Assembly (NCBI RefSeq): GCF_044324875.1
Contig: NZ_CP172185.1
DNA length: 64,000 nt
Source of the DNA: Escherichia coli
Lineage (GTDB): Bacteria; Pseudomonadota; Gammaproteobacteria; Enterobacterales; Enterobacteriaceae
Strand: one strand, 5' to 3'
How positions within the stretch are numbered: position 1 is the stretch's first letter; each line of letters opens with the position of its first letter. The position numbers and the translations under genes were made by a program. Shown one piece after another: positions 9,998-19,430 of this stretch. The notes under the pieces are model-generated. The model had not been told where the DNA came from. It was given only the letters and a program-made list of their open reading frames with translations, and searched no databases.

Positions 9998-11191
9998 ATG
10001 CTGGCATTAATGGTGACATTAGCAGCATTTCCTGCCATTGCTGAAGACGTTACAGGAAACTATCAAAGCTATTTTCAGGATGAATCAGACACCAACGGTA
10101 CGAGTGTTTCATTAGCCAATCAAGGCAATGAAAAATCATCCCTTAGCGCTTCATCTTCTCCGGTTGCTGCAGGTCAAAAACCTGAACTCACGACCTCGTC
10201 AAAGCCAGTGACGTTATCGGCACCAATGGAGAATAAGAAAACTGCAGTAGAAAAACGTCCTAAAGGGGATAACCCTAAAGATGTCAGTCTGTTGCGTTTA
10301 AGGCAGGAAGATCCGCCGGTTCACTGGAACAGTATTGGTCGTAACATGGAAGTGGGTAGCTTGCATGGGAACATTGGATCTCAGATAGAAATTGACGATG
10401 TTCGCTGGAGCAATAATAAGAAAAACAGCGGCAAGTTTAAACTCGCCACCATTCAGGCTTTTTTAAGGCACGATGAATTGCCTAACTGGTATTTCGGTTT
10501 CTGGAATGCCAGAGAAGACAGTTATAAAGGACAGTTCAGTAATCAGGACTATAAAGGCACCAATACCATCAATGAATTTTTTGTGGGCCATATTTTCGAA
10601 ACCTGGCGGGGTAATATCGGTACGGAAGTCATGGTCGGCTCCGAAACGGCAACTAAACGCTGGAAAAACCGGTTCAAAGTCTGGCAGGACCTGCGACTGT
10701 CCAACAAATGGAGCCTGGCCGGATACGCGTATGGCGAGTATCAGCCTCAGGGGAACGAACCGGGGAATGGCGATCTGGAGCAGTACATTTTCGAAATTGA
10801 GCCAGCCATTCAATACCGCGTGAATCCGGATCTCGGACTCTATTTGCGGCCCTATTATTACCATAACCGCCAGGAGCGTCAGAGCTGGGGCGACATTGTA
10901 GAAGAAGAATGGAAAGTCACGGCCGGGCTCTGGCGAAACTGGTATCCATTATTAACCTCCCTGTATGTTGGATTTGGCCAGGACAAAATAGATAACGCCA
11001 GCAATGCCAGCGAAGTTTTCTATGACGGCCGTTATAAGTTTATCGGTGGAACGCTGAGTTATCCGGTATTTGGTGAGGTGCGATTATATGGTGAATTCAA
11101 GGCACAATTTACGAAAGAAACCGGACTTTGGACATCAACCGGTCACTCATGGAATCCGTTTACCGTGGTTGGCGTGAATTATAACTTCTGA
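9998..11191 (+). CDS. fosX: Predicted outer-membrane beta-barrel protein with a low-complexity N-terminal extension
   Basis: The start is chosen at the ATG at 9998 (AGGA 6 nt upstream), giving the signal peptide MLALMVTLAAFPAIA; the track ORF starts at 9926. The C-terminus ...VVGVNYNF has a terminal Phe, the OMP beta-signal. It is paralogous to fosY. Confidence 0.7.
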   Translation: MLALMVTLAAFPAIAEDVTGNYQSYFQDESDTNGTSVSLANQGNEKSSLSASSSPVAAGQKPELTTSSKPVTLSAPMENKKTAVEKRPKGDNPKDVSLLRLRQEDPPVHWNSIGRNMEVGSLHGNIGSQIEIDDVRWSNNKKNSGKFKLATIQAFLRHDELPNWYFGFWNAREDSYKGQFSNQDYKGTNTINEFFVGHIFETWRGNIGTEVMVGSETATKRWKNRFKVWQDLRLSNKWSLAGYAYGEYQPQGNEPGNGDLEQYIFEIEPAIQYRVNPDLGLYLRPYYYHNRQERQSWGDIVEEEWKVTAGLWRNWYPLLTSLYVGFGQDKIDNASNASEVFYDGRYKFIGGTLSYPVFGEVRLYGEFKAQFTKETGLWTSTGHSWNPFTVVGVNYNF

Positions 11192-11205
11192 TATTCAGGT
11201 GTAGC

Positions 11206-12699
11206 ATGAAAAAATTAATAGTTGCGGCATCTTTCGCTCTGCTTGCGCTTTCGCTCGGCAATAACCCTGCCTGGTCACAGCCTTCGAAAGAGACATTACA
11301 GAATAAAAGCATCACCCATATTAATGGCTTTTTTCCGAGGGTTGAAGGTTCATTCGTGGGCGACCCTATGCCCGTTTTTAACGATGGCAAATTTGATATT
11401 TATTATCTTAATGATGTCCGAGGCGGCAGCGATCTGGGGGTACATGCTTTTCATCTCTTGTCGAGTGCCAACTTGTATGATTATCAGAACCATTCGGAAG
11501 TGATCCCCTACGTTAACGACGTTGACGATCCTGAACTGTTATTGGGAACCGGTTCGATTATTAAAGTCGGCGATACCTGGCATGCCTGGTACACCGCACA
11601 CAATGAAAATGTGTTCCCGGTTGAGTCTGTTATGCACGCGACCAGTAAGGACCGCCTTCACTGGGTGAAACACCCGCAGGACACCCTGTTACCCGGCGGT
11701 AACTATCGGGGTAATGATTTCAGGGACCCTCACGTCGTTTGGGTTGAGGAAAAGAAAGAATACTGGATGTTAATTACTACGCGCAGTAATGGTCGTGGGG
11801 TTATTGCCCGATACAGTTCAACGGATTTAAAGCACTGGGAAGATCGCGGCGTATTTTTTGATAACGACACCATCACCAGCAATGCCAACCTCGAATGCCC
11901 GACACTGGTTTACTTCAACGGACGCTGGTATCTCAGCTTTAGCGACCAATGGCCGTTACGCCTGACACAATACCGGGTTGCGGACAATCCGGAGGGGCCG
12001 TGGCGGAAACTGGACAATTATGTGGTCGACGGCTCAGGTTTTTACGCGGGTAAACTGGTTCTCAAAAACGATCGGCTGTTTGTTTTCGGCTGGATCCCGA
12101 CGAAAGCCGGTAACCGTGACAGCGGCAACATTGATTGGGCAGGGAATCTGGTTGCTCATGAGCTCACCGCAGATGCCCAGGGCCAGCTCAACAGCATCCT
12201 CCCCCAGGAGCTTCAGAAGGTCATCAGTGAGAATCCTGGCCCGGAAACCACCTTGACGAGCACTAAGACACTCAAAACGGACACGTCGTTCGGCCCCTTA
12301 CAGTCGGCGCTGTACCCGGCCTTGCCTGAGCGCGGTGAGTTGAGTGCAACCATCGATGTTCCTTCTGCCGGAATGGTGATGAGCTTTGGTCTGACCGACG
12401 ACAGAGTCAGTGATGCGATGCTGAACGTTGTGTTCAATAAGAGCAAAGGAAAAGTCTATTTTTTCAACGCGCCGCTAGCGTCGATTCATCAGGCTAACGC
12501 GGAATCCTGGGTGGACATTCCGATCGGGGAAAAAATTGAGTTACGCGTTCTCATACAAAACTCAATTGCTGTCTTTTATATAAACAACAAAGTGGCATTC
12601 AGTACCCGGATGTATTCCATGCAGGAGAAACCGTGGAGTATTAGCCTGCCTCAAAACGACCATTTTCACGCGACGTTGAAAATAAAAGAAATGATTTAA
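11206..12699 (+). CDS. fosGH1: Secreted (periplasmic) GH32 fructan/FOS hydrolase
   Basis: 497 aa with the signal peptide MKKLIVAASFALLALSLGNNPAWS. The GH32-like motifs are DPMPVFNDG, FRDPHVVW and LECPTLV. Confidence 0.8.
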   Translation: MKKLIVAASFALLALSLGNNPAWSQPSKETLQNKSITHINGFFPRVEGSFVGDPMPVFNDGKFDIYYLNDVRGGSDLGVHAFHLLSSANLYDYQNHSEVIPYVNDVDDPELLLGTGSIIKVGDTWHAWYTAHNENVFPVESVMHATSKDRLHWVKHPQDTLLPGGNYRGNDFRDPHVVWVEEKKEYWMLITTRSNGRGVIARYSSTDLKHWEDRGVFFDNDTITSNANLECPTLVYFNGRWYLSFSDQWPLRLTQYRVADNPEGPWRKLDNYVVDGSGFYAGKLVLKNDRLFVFGWIPTKAGNRDSGNIDWAGNLVAHELTADAQGQLNSILPQELQKVISENPGPETTLTSTKTLKTDTSFGPLQSALYPALPERGELSATIDVPSAGMVMSFGLTDDRVSDAMLNVVFNKSKGKVYFFNAPLASIHQANAESWVDIPIGEKIELRVLIQNSIAVFYINNKVAFSTRMYSMQEKPWSISLPQNDHFHATLKIKEMI

Positions 12700-12711
12700 C
12701 GGGATATTATT

Positions 12712-13725
12712 ATGAAAAACTATCATGCCCTGTCTGTTATTTTTACTCTTATGTTACCCGCGCTGGCGAATGCGAGCATGAGCATCATGAAGGATCCGTC
12801 TGGAAAGGTTATCGCCGTGGACCCTTGGTCATATCTTGATGAAGATGTTATGTGGACCTCAGCCCGCTCCTCCAATCCTGCCGGTGGCCGCGTTCATGGC
12901 CAACTGAAAATGAAATATGCCATTGAGGATAATAACTGGCGTAACAGCCATTTCCACAACGGGAATGATTCGCTGACGTTTGTACAAGGTGTGATGCGGC
13001 ACGATGCGTTACCCGGTTGGTATCTGGCTTTCTCTGAGGGCAGAACCACTAACTATAACGGGACGTGGGAGGATCAGTCTTACCTCAGCCAAAACCAGTG
13101 GACTCAGTTGATCATCGGCCATGAATATTTTTACAAGCGTCTGCGCTATGGCTGGGATGTGATGGGAGGAAGCGCCTCAATCGAAGACCGCTGGCAAGGC
13201 CGCGTTAAGTTCTTTACCGATCTTCGGGTTACGGATAATTTCTCATTCTTTAACTACCTGTATCAGCAGATCGATCACCGGCGCAGCGGTGGGTCGCAAA
13301 ACGACCGTGACGTGCGTTCATTTCAGATTGAGCCAGGCGTGCAATACATTATTAATAACAACACCGGTGTCTGGTTCCGCCAGCAGTTCGCATCTGCCAT
13401 TTTAGACAGGGCGCAGTGGGGCGATATCGACGAAAAAAGCTGGACCACGTCAGTCGGCGTCTGGCGAAACTGGGGGAAGTTATCCACAACGCTCAGCGGC
13501 GGTTATGGTCATTATAAGAAATACAATGCGCAACCTGAGGATGGCGAAGTCTTTCAGAATACCCGCAATCGCTTCCTGAAGGTATCGGCAAATTATCCTT
13601 TGACCTCTCGTTTTACCGTGTCCGGAGAAGTTACTGGTTCGTTGATCAAACAGAACGGAAGTTGGGTCACTAACGGTGAGGCCATTACCACTGAGTATAA
13701 GCTGATGCTGGATTATAACTTTTAA
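12712..13725 (+). CDS. fosY: Predicted outer-membrane beta-barrel protein, paralogue of FosX
   Basis: 337 aa with the signal peptide MKNYHALSVIFTLMLPALANA and the C-terminus ...LMLDYNF. It shares blocks with FosX: RHDxLPxWY, F(E/Q)IEPxxQY, WGDIxExxW...WRNW. Confidence 0.7.
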   Translation: MKNYHALSVIFTLMLPALANASMSIMKDPSGKVIAVDPWSYLDEDVMWTSARSSNPAGGRVHGQLKMKYAIEDNNWRNSHFHNGNDSLTFVQGVMRHDALPGWYLAFSEGRTTNYNGTWEDQSYLSQNQWTQLIIGHEYFYKRLRYGWDVMGGSASIEDRWQGRVKFFTDLRVTDNFSFFNYLYQQIDHRRSGGSQNDRDVRSFQIEPGVQYIINNNTGVWFRQQFASAILDRAQWGDIDEKSWTTSVGVWRNWGKLSTTLSGGYGHYKKYNAQPEDGEVFQNTRNRFLKVSANYPLTSRFTVSGEVTGSLIKQNGSWVTNGEAITTEYKLMLDYNF

Positions 13726-13838
13726 ACCGTACGCTGGATAATCCATGCCACCTGAACACGCTGAAGCGTTAGTAAAAATAGTGACCTTACCGCAGGTCAC
13801 GTTTAAAAAAACAAGTTAATTATTATTAAGGAAATATC

Positions 13839-14801
13839 ATGAATATCTGGACTCTTGGCGATGCTGTTGTTGATCTTCTACCCCTTACAGATATGCAATT
13901 TCGTGCTTGTGCAGGAGGTGCGCCATTTAATGTTGCGATAGGTACTGCACAATTGAAATGTCGTACCGGCTTTATAGGTCGCGTAGGGGATGACGATTTT
14001 GGCCATTTCCTGAGAAAAACTCTCGAAGATTCAGGAGTTTCTACACAATGTATCCAAATGGATAAATATCATCGTACAAGTACAGTACTGGTTTCTCTTA
14101 AAGATCAGGGAGAACGTGGTTTTACATTTCTTACGAACCCTTCAGCCGACCAATTTCTAACACAAGATGCCCTTCCAGCTTTTAGTGATGATATCCTGCA
14201 TTTTTGTTCACTTGCGCTGGTTGCTGCAGATTGCCGCACGACTTTGACTAAAGCAGTCCAGGAAGTCATTGACCACGGTGGACTTATCAGCTTTGATGTT
14301 AATTTACGAGACCAAATGTGGCGTGATAAGGAAGAAATGTTTGCGACAGTGAGTCAATTCGCTGAAAAAGCCGATATCCTTAAACTCTCTGAAGAAGAGT
14401 GGTACTGGTTAATGGGTACACATGATTATACAGAGGCGTTAGAAGCACTCAAAACCCATCCTGCCAGATTAAAAGTGGTCACCTTTGGTGCGAGAGGTTC
14501 ATTGGTATTATGGCAAGATATGGTGATACATTTCAGAGGATTTAATGTTAAAAGTATTGACACAACAGGCGCTGGAGATGCTTTTATGGCTGGGTTACTT
14601 GCCAGCATCGCCAATAAAGGTTTGCCAATGAATTTTCCAGAACTTCAATTAGCAATCACTCAGGCCAGTGCCACCGGAGCGCTCGCAACTACCAAAAAAG
14701 GTGCACTTACCGCCCTTCCTGATACAGCCGCACTGGAAACGTTCATTAATCATTTTCCATTACCGGGCTATGAGATCCTTGGAGCAACCGCTACGGTGTA
14801 A
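13839..14801 (+). CDS. fosK: PfkB-family fructokinase
   Basis: 320 aa with the PfkB signatures (GDAVVD..., DTTGAGDAF). It is visibly more AT-rich than the upstream fos genes. Confidence 0.85.
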   Translation: MNIWTLGDAVVDLLPLTDMQFRACAGGAPFNVAIGTAQLKCRTGFIGRVGDDDFGHFLRKTLEDSGVSTQCIQMDKYHRTSTVLVSLKDQGERGFTFLTNPSADQFLTQDALPAFSDDILHFCSLALVAADCRTTLTKAVQEVIDHGGLISFDVNLRDQMWRDKEEMFATVSQFAEKADILKLSEEEWYWLMGTHDYTEALEALKTHPARLKVVTFGARGSLVLWQDMVIHFRGFNVKSIDTTGAGDAFMAGLLASIANKGLPMNFPELQLAITQASATGALATTKKGALTALPDTAALETFINHFPLPGYEILGATATV

Positions 14802-14909
14802 CAACTTTTCATGCTGTATGGTGTAGGAATATAGCAAACGTATCTTCAATTGTTAGTTATGACCTCTAGAAGTATGAGATATCTTTTGTAGATAATCATG
14901 GCTGTGTAT

Positions 14910-14935
14910 GGGCAGCCTTATACTGCCCCTTTTTC
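14910..14935 (+). terminator. Rho-independent terminator downstream of fosK
   Basis: gggcag-ccttata-ctgccc followed by ctttttc. Confidence 0.6.
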
Positions 14936-15081
14936 TATTACCTTAAGAAAGATAAGTACAGTTTGCTTTCCTGGAGATTAATGCATGCTCTGGATAGCAA
15001 TCCTCAACTATCAGCAGAAAGTAGATAAAATTTCAGGGTGGCCCTATAAAAATCATTAGATGCGTTTCTGACGTTACTTAG

Positions 15082-15393
<312 letters not shown>

Positions 15394-15416
15394 TTACTGA
15401 TTTAGTGTATGATGGT

Positions 15417-15424
15417 GATTTTAA
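15417..15424. repeat. 8-bp target-site duplication (left copy) of the IS66-family insertion
   Basis: gattttaa lies immediately before gtaagcg... Confidence 0.9.
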
Positions 15425-15454
15425 GTAAGCGACTCGTCAGAACCGTATTGATAT

Positions 15455-17026
15455 TTACTGAGAGCTCAGATCAACTTTCCAGGGCAACAGATCGCGTACC
15501 CGGTTTGCCGGCCAGTCCTGGATATGTTCAATGACGTAACGCAGCCACTTTTCTGGCTCCACATTGTTCAGACGGCATGTGCCGATCAGCGAGTACAACA
15601 CCGCCGCATGTTCACCACCGCTGTCGGAACCCGCGAACATCCAGTTTTTCCGGCCTACGGCCACTCCCCGTAAGGCGTTCTCTGCGATGTTGTTGTCGAT
15701 TTCCACCCAGCCATTACTGCAGTACACGTTCAGTGCATCCCACTGTTTCAGCAGGTATGCGAACGCTTTTGCCGTATCTGAGTGACGCGACAGTGTTTTC
15801 ATCTGTTGCTGTATCCAGTCATACAGTGACTGCATCAGTGGCGCGGCTCTGGCTTTTCTTGCCGCCAGACGCTGTTCTGCTGAACAGCCCCGGACCTCTG
15901 CCTCGATGGCATACAGTTCACCGATACGCTGCAGGGCTTCCGTGGTGATGTAGGTGGGCGCTCTTGCATGCACATCGTGGATTTTTCTCCGGGCATGAGC
16001 CATACACGCGGCTTCCGTTATTCTGCCGGATTCGTATAACGCCCGGTAACCACCGTAAGCATCGGCCTGAAGCACACCGCTGTAACCGGCCAGGTGATTT
16101 TGTGGATGGATACCTTTCCGGTCCGGACTGTACGCGAACCAGACCGCCGGGGGCATCTGTGAACCGGCGTTACGGTCATCACGGACGTAGACCCACAGCC
16201 GGGCTGTCCGGGTTTTACCGCTGCCCGGCTCCTGGACCGGGACGGGGATATCATCAGCATGGACTTTACCGGGCATCAGCACATACTGGCGCAGGACGTC
16301 ATACAGCGGCTCCAGCAGTTCAGCAACAGCACCTGTCCAGCGCCCCAGTGTGGCACGGCTCAGCTCCACTCCCTGACGACGGTATATTTCTGACTGGCGG
16401 TATAACGGCAGATGGTCTGCATATTTCCCGGTGACAACATGGGCCAGAAGCCCCGCTCCGGCATAACTGCGTGCAATGGGTTTTGAAGGTACTGGTGCCT
16501 GCACGATATGGTCGCACCGGCAACAGGCCTGTTTCGGACGTTGTGTTTCGATAACCTTAAAGGCGCTGCTGATAAGCTCCAGTTGCTCTGACACATCACA
16601 TCCCAGAGAACTGAGTTCACCACCACAGGCAGGACAGCATTCCTCTTCCGGCCGGATAACCCGGGTTTCACGGGGAAGTGAGGCCGGTAACGGTTTACGG
16701 GCTGAAGACTGGCGCAGGGCGGATGGCAGTACCGGGTCATATTGCTCACCCAGCGTTTCCGCCATTTCTTCCTGAAGTGCGCTGATTCGCTCCTGTGCTT
16801 CCTGTATCTGCCGTTCGGTTTTTGCACGAAGTTTTTCTGAGCTTTTACCGAACTGCATACGTTGCAGTTTCGCAACCAGCGCCTTCAGCCGGTTGATTTC
16901 GGAAGCATAAGCCGCCACCCGCTGTGAGAGCAGGCGGTTGTATTCAGCCATCTGGCGGATGGTGTCCTGTTGCGTCTGCAACAGTGCCCGCAGGCGGGCG
17001 TTCTCATGAGCAAGTGAGGTGTCCAT
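15455..17026 (-). CDS. tnpC: IS66-family transposase TnpC (523 aa)
   Basis: Track ORF with an N-terminal coiled coil/leucine zipper, a CxxC...CxxC zinc motif and a DDE core typical of IS66 transposases. Confidence 0.9.
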   Translation of the reverse strand: MDTSLAHENARLRALLQTQQDTIRQMAEYNRLLSQRVAAYASEINRLKALVAKLQRMQFGKSSEKLRAKTERQIQEAQERISALQEEMAETLGEQYDPVLPSALRQSSARKPLPASLPRETRVIRPEEECCPACGGELSSLGCDVSEQLELISSAFKVIETQRPKQACCRCDHIVQAPVPSKPIARSYAGAGLLAHVVTGKYADHLPLYRQSEIYRRQGVELSRATLGRWTGAVAELLEPLYDVLRQYVLMPGKVHADDIPVPVQEPGSGKTRTARLWVYVRDDRNAGSQMPPAVWFAYSPDRKGIHPQNHLAGYSGVLQADAYGGYRALYESGRITEAACMAHARRKIHDVHARAPTYITTEALQRIGELYAIEAEVRGCSAEQRLAARKARAAPLMQSLYDWIQQQMKTLSRHSDTAKAFAYLLKQWDALNVYCSNGWVEIDNNIAENALRGVAVGRKNWMFAGSDSGGEHAAVLYSLIGTCRLNNVEPEKWLRYVIEHIQDWPANRVRDLLPWKVDLSSQ

Positions 17027-17045
17027 ATCCTCACTTTACAACGGG

Positions 17046-17393
17046 TTATATGCGGATTCCAGCGCGTTCCGTTCGTTTCGGGTGCTTCCAGTTGATACCT
17101 TCAAGAAGCATGGATAACTGAGCCGGAGTAAGGTGCACCTTGCCGTCACGGGTGACTGGCCAGACGAAGCGGCCCCGCTCCAGGCGTTTGGTGAAGAGGC
17201 ACAGTCCGTCACTGTCAGCCCACAACACTTTTATCTGGTCACCCCGGCGTCCGCGGAAGATGAACAGGTGTCCGGAGAACGGGTCATCCTTCAGGACGTT
17301 CTGAACTTTTGATGCCAGGCCGTTAAAGCCATTTCGCATATCGGTGATACCTGCAACCAGCCAGATACGCGAACCTGCAGGGAGAGATATCAT
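17046..17393 (-). CDS. tnpB: IS66-family accessory protein TnpB (115 aa)
   Basis: MISLPAGSRIWLVAGITDMRNGFNGLASKV..., the canonical IS66 Orf2. Its ATGA start overlaps the upstream ORF. Confidence 0.9.
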   Translation of the reverse strand: MISLPAGSRIWLVAGITDMRNGFNGLASKVQNVLKDDPFSGHLFIFRGRRGDQIKVLWADSDGLCLFTKRLERGRFVWPVTRDGKVHLTPAQLSMLLEGINWKHPKRTERAGIRI

Positions 17394-18070
17394 CAGTGGC
17401 TGCTCCCTTTTATTTCGCGGATAAGTGTCTGTAATAACGCCGGCGTCAGTTTACCTTTAAGCCTGAGAGTTCCGGCCGGCAGAACCAGCTCACAACACAG
17501 ACTGTCGGACGGTGTATTTATCTGCTCTGGTTCCTGTGCGGGGGCCGGGATTTTATTATCCGGCTCCGGCGTTAACGTCACGGGAAGCAGTGCCGGCATA
17601 TTTTTTCCGGAAGGCAGCAGGCCACCTTTCCGGTATTGATGGCGCCAGTTGAAGAGCAGGTTATCGTTGATTCCGTTTTCCCGGGCGATCTGCGCCACAC
17701 AGGCTCCGGGCTGCAGTGACTGCTCCACTAAGGCGATTTTAAACTCATAAGGGAAGTTGGGCCGCCGGGGACGTTTTTTTACCACGGGGGCTTCGGATAT
17801 AACGGTGCTTTCAGGACGTACGACTGGTACCGTGGAAAATTGTCCGTAAAGGCAGGCATCAAGTTCCTGCTCCGACATGCCTGCGGGCAAAGGCCACGAA
17901 AGGCCAGCTCTCCGAAAGCGCACGAACATACTACAAACTGTTGATTTTGGTACACCCAGGCGACGCCCGGCCACAACCCGGGGTAAATGTTCTTCAAAGT
18001 GAAGACGTAAAGCTTCAGTGATCCAGGTCCGGTGTTTCATACGATAGTGTCCATTAAAAATGATGGACAT
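17393..18070 (-). CDS. tnpA: IS66-family accessory protein TnpA-like (225 aa, two HTH-like segments)
   Basis: The C-terminal half (FKIALVEQSLQPGACVAQIARENGINDNLLFNWRHQYRKG) matches IS66 Orf1. There is an extra N-terminal HTH-like region. Confidence 0.75.
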   Translation of the reverse strand: MSIIFNGHYRMKHRTWITEALRLHFEEHLPRVVAGRRLGVPKSTVCSMFVRFRRAGLSWPLPAGMSEQELDACLYGQFSTVPVVRPESTVISEAPVVKKRPRRPNFPYEFKIALVEQSLQPGACVAQIARENGINDNLLFNWRHQYRKGGLLPSGKNMPALLPVTLTPEPDNKIPAPAQEPEQINTPSDSLCCELVLPAGTLRLKGKLTPALLQTLIREIKGSSH

Positions 18071-18123
18071 TATTTTTGTAGAGCCGGAGGAAACAGACCA
18101 GACGGTTTAAATGAGCCGGTTAC

Positions 18124-18131
18124 GATTTTAA
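18124..18131. repeat. 8-bp target-site duplication (right copy) of the IS66-family insertion
   Basis: gattttaa lies immediately after ...ccggttac. Confidence 0.9.
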
Positions 18132-18140
18132 GGTGCTTGC

Positions 18141-18416
18141 GTGGCTTCCATTTCCATCAGATGTCCTTCCTGCTCCGCTACTGAAGGCGTGGTGCGTAAC
18201 GGCAAAAGCACTGCCGGACATCAGCGCTATCTCTGCTCTCATTGCCGTAAAACATGGCAACTACAGTTCACTTACACCGCCTCTCAGCCCGGTACGCACC
18301 AGAAAATCATTGATATGGCCATGAATAGCGTCGGATGTCGCGCCAGTGCACGCATTATGGGCGTTGGCCTCAACACGGTTTTACGTCACTTAAAAAACTC
18401 AGGCCGCAGTCGGTAA
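18141..18416 (+). CDS. insA: IS1 InsA (91 aa)
   Basis: [43 protein letters not shown]... The A6C frameshift motif taaaaaac is at 18391-18398. Confidence 0.9.
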   Translation: MASISIRCPSCSATEGVVRNGKSTAGHQRYLCSHCRKTWQLQFTYTASQPGTHQKIIDMAMNSVGCRASARIMGVGLNTVLRHLKNSGRSR

Positions 18417-18790
18417 CCTCGCGCATACAACCGGGCAGTGATGTGATTGTCTGCGCTGAAATGGACGAACAGTGGGGCTACGTCGGTGCTAAATCACGTC
18501 AGCGCTGGCTGTTTTACGCGTATGACAGGATACGGAGGACGGTTGTGGCGCACGTCTTCGGTGAACGCACTCTGGCCACACTGGAGCGTCTTCTGAGCCT
18601 GCTGTCGGCCTTTGAGGTCGTGGTATGGATGACGGATGGCTGGCCGCTGTATGAATCACGCCTGAAGGGAAAGCTGCACGTTATCAGCAAGCGTTACACT
18701 CAGCGCATTGAGCGACATAATCTGAATCTGAGATCTGGCAAGGCTGGGACGGAAGTCACTGTCGTTCTCAAAATCGGTGGAGCTGCATGA
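18335..18790 (+). pseudogene. insB: IS1 InsB' frame with a 3' lesion
   Basis: The frame is collinear with InsB until ...RHNLNL, then reads [19 protein letters not shown] instead of [24 protein letters not shown].... The DNA has ctgagatctggcaagg where IS1 has ctgaggcagcacctggcacgg, a net 5-nt loss. Confidence 0.75.
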
Positions 18791-19430
18791 CAAGGTCATC
18801 GGGCATTATCTGAACATAAAACACTATCAGTAAGTTGGAGTCATTACCAACGGTAAATATCCATAAGTGTGGGCTTGCGGAATAAATAGTTTGGTTAAAG
18901 ATAAGGTGGTTTAATACTGCTGAGTATTTTATAGGAGATATGATGTTGTTTTATAAACAAACTAAAAAACATGAAGTTTAATTGATAGGGGACAATGAAA
19001 TCTCCTTTTTAAACTCAATTGCTATGTTGGGTTTATGGGGTTGCTATAAACGGTTTTGAATAAACGCTTTACTATTCTCATGAAAACAGTGTTATGTTGT
19101 TATTTTAACAACCCCGCATTGTTTTTTGATGGGATGGGTATTAAGACTTTAGAGAAACTTTATAAATAAATATATGTATTCAATAGTGGCGAAAATAATA
19201 ACCCATCTTATTATTACATTGTGGAAGTGCTCTTTTTTATTATCGCTCATGTTTTACCTTTCTGTTAAAACATATTCTTTCGGATATGTAAAATGGTAAG
19301 AGATAGTTAATCTACGTATGCATGGGGGCGTTTCATTGCATGGCGTTATAATCTGGCTTGTATATAAAGGCACTATAAGTTTTACTCTTACAGTGCCTTT
19401 ATTTGGCCATGATTTACCCTCTACAATAAA

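Larger units (their letters stand above)
15425..18123 (-). mobile_element. IS66-family element (IS679/ISEc8-like), 2699 bp, complete
   Basis: The ends are gtaagcgactcgtcagaaccg... and ...cggtttaaatgagccggttac (imperfect IRs starting GTAA). Three consecutive minus-strand ORFs are present (tnpA-, tnpB-, tnpC-like), flanked by the identical 8-mer gattttaa. Confidence 0.9.

Noticed and set aside
15564-16875. Multiple 70-170 aa ORFs in both strands inside the IS66-family transposase gene
   Set aside because: All overlap the 523-aa TnpC frame, and their Arg/Pro/Ser-rich nonsense composition is typical of off-frame translation.
18849-19430. 580 bp of very AT-rich non-coding DNA between IS1 and the GH31 gene, and a similar stretch at 25902-26311
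   Set aside because: I scanned both for repeats, small ORFs and RNA-like hairpins. I found only a weak stem (aaaggcact...agtgccttt, about 19368-19405), probably a terminator for the GH31 operon. These are most likely H-NS-type AT-rich island spacers.
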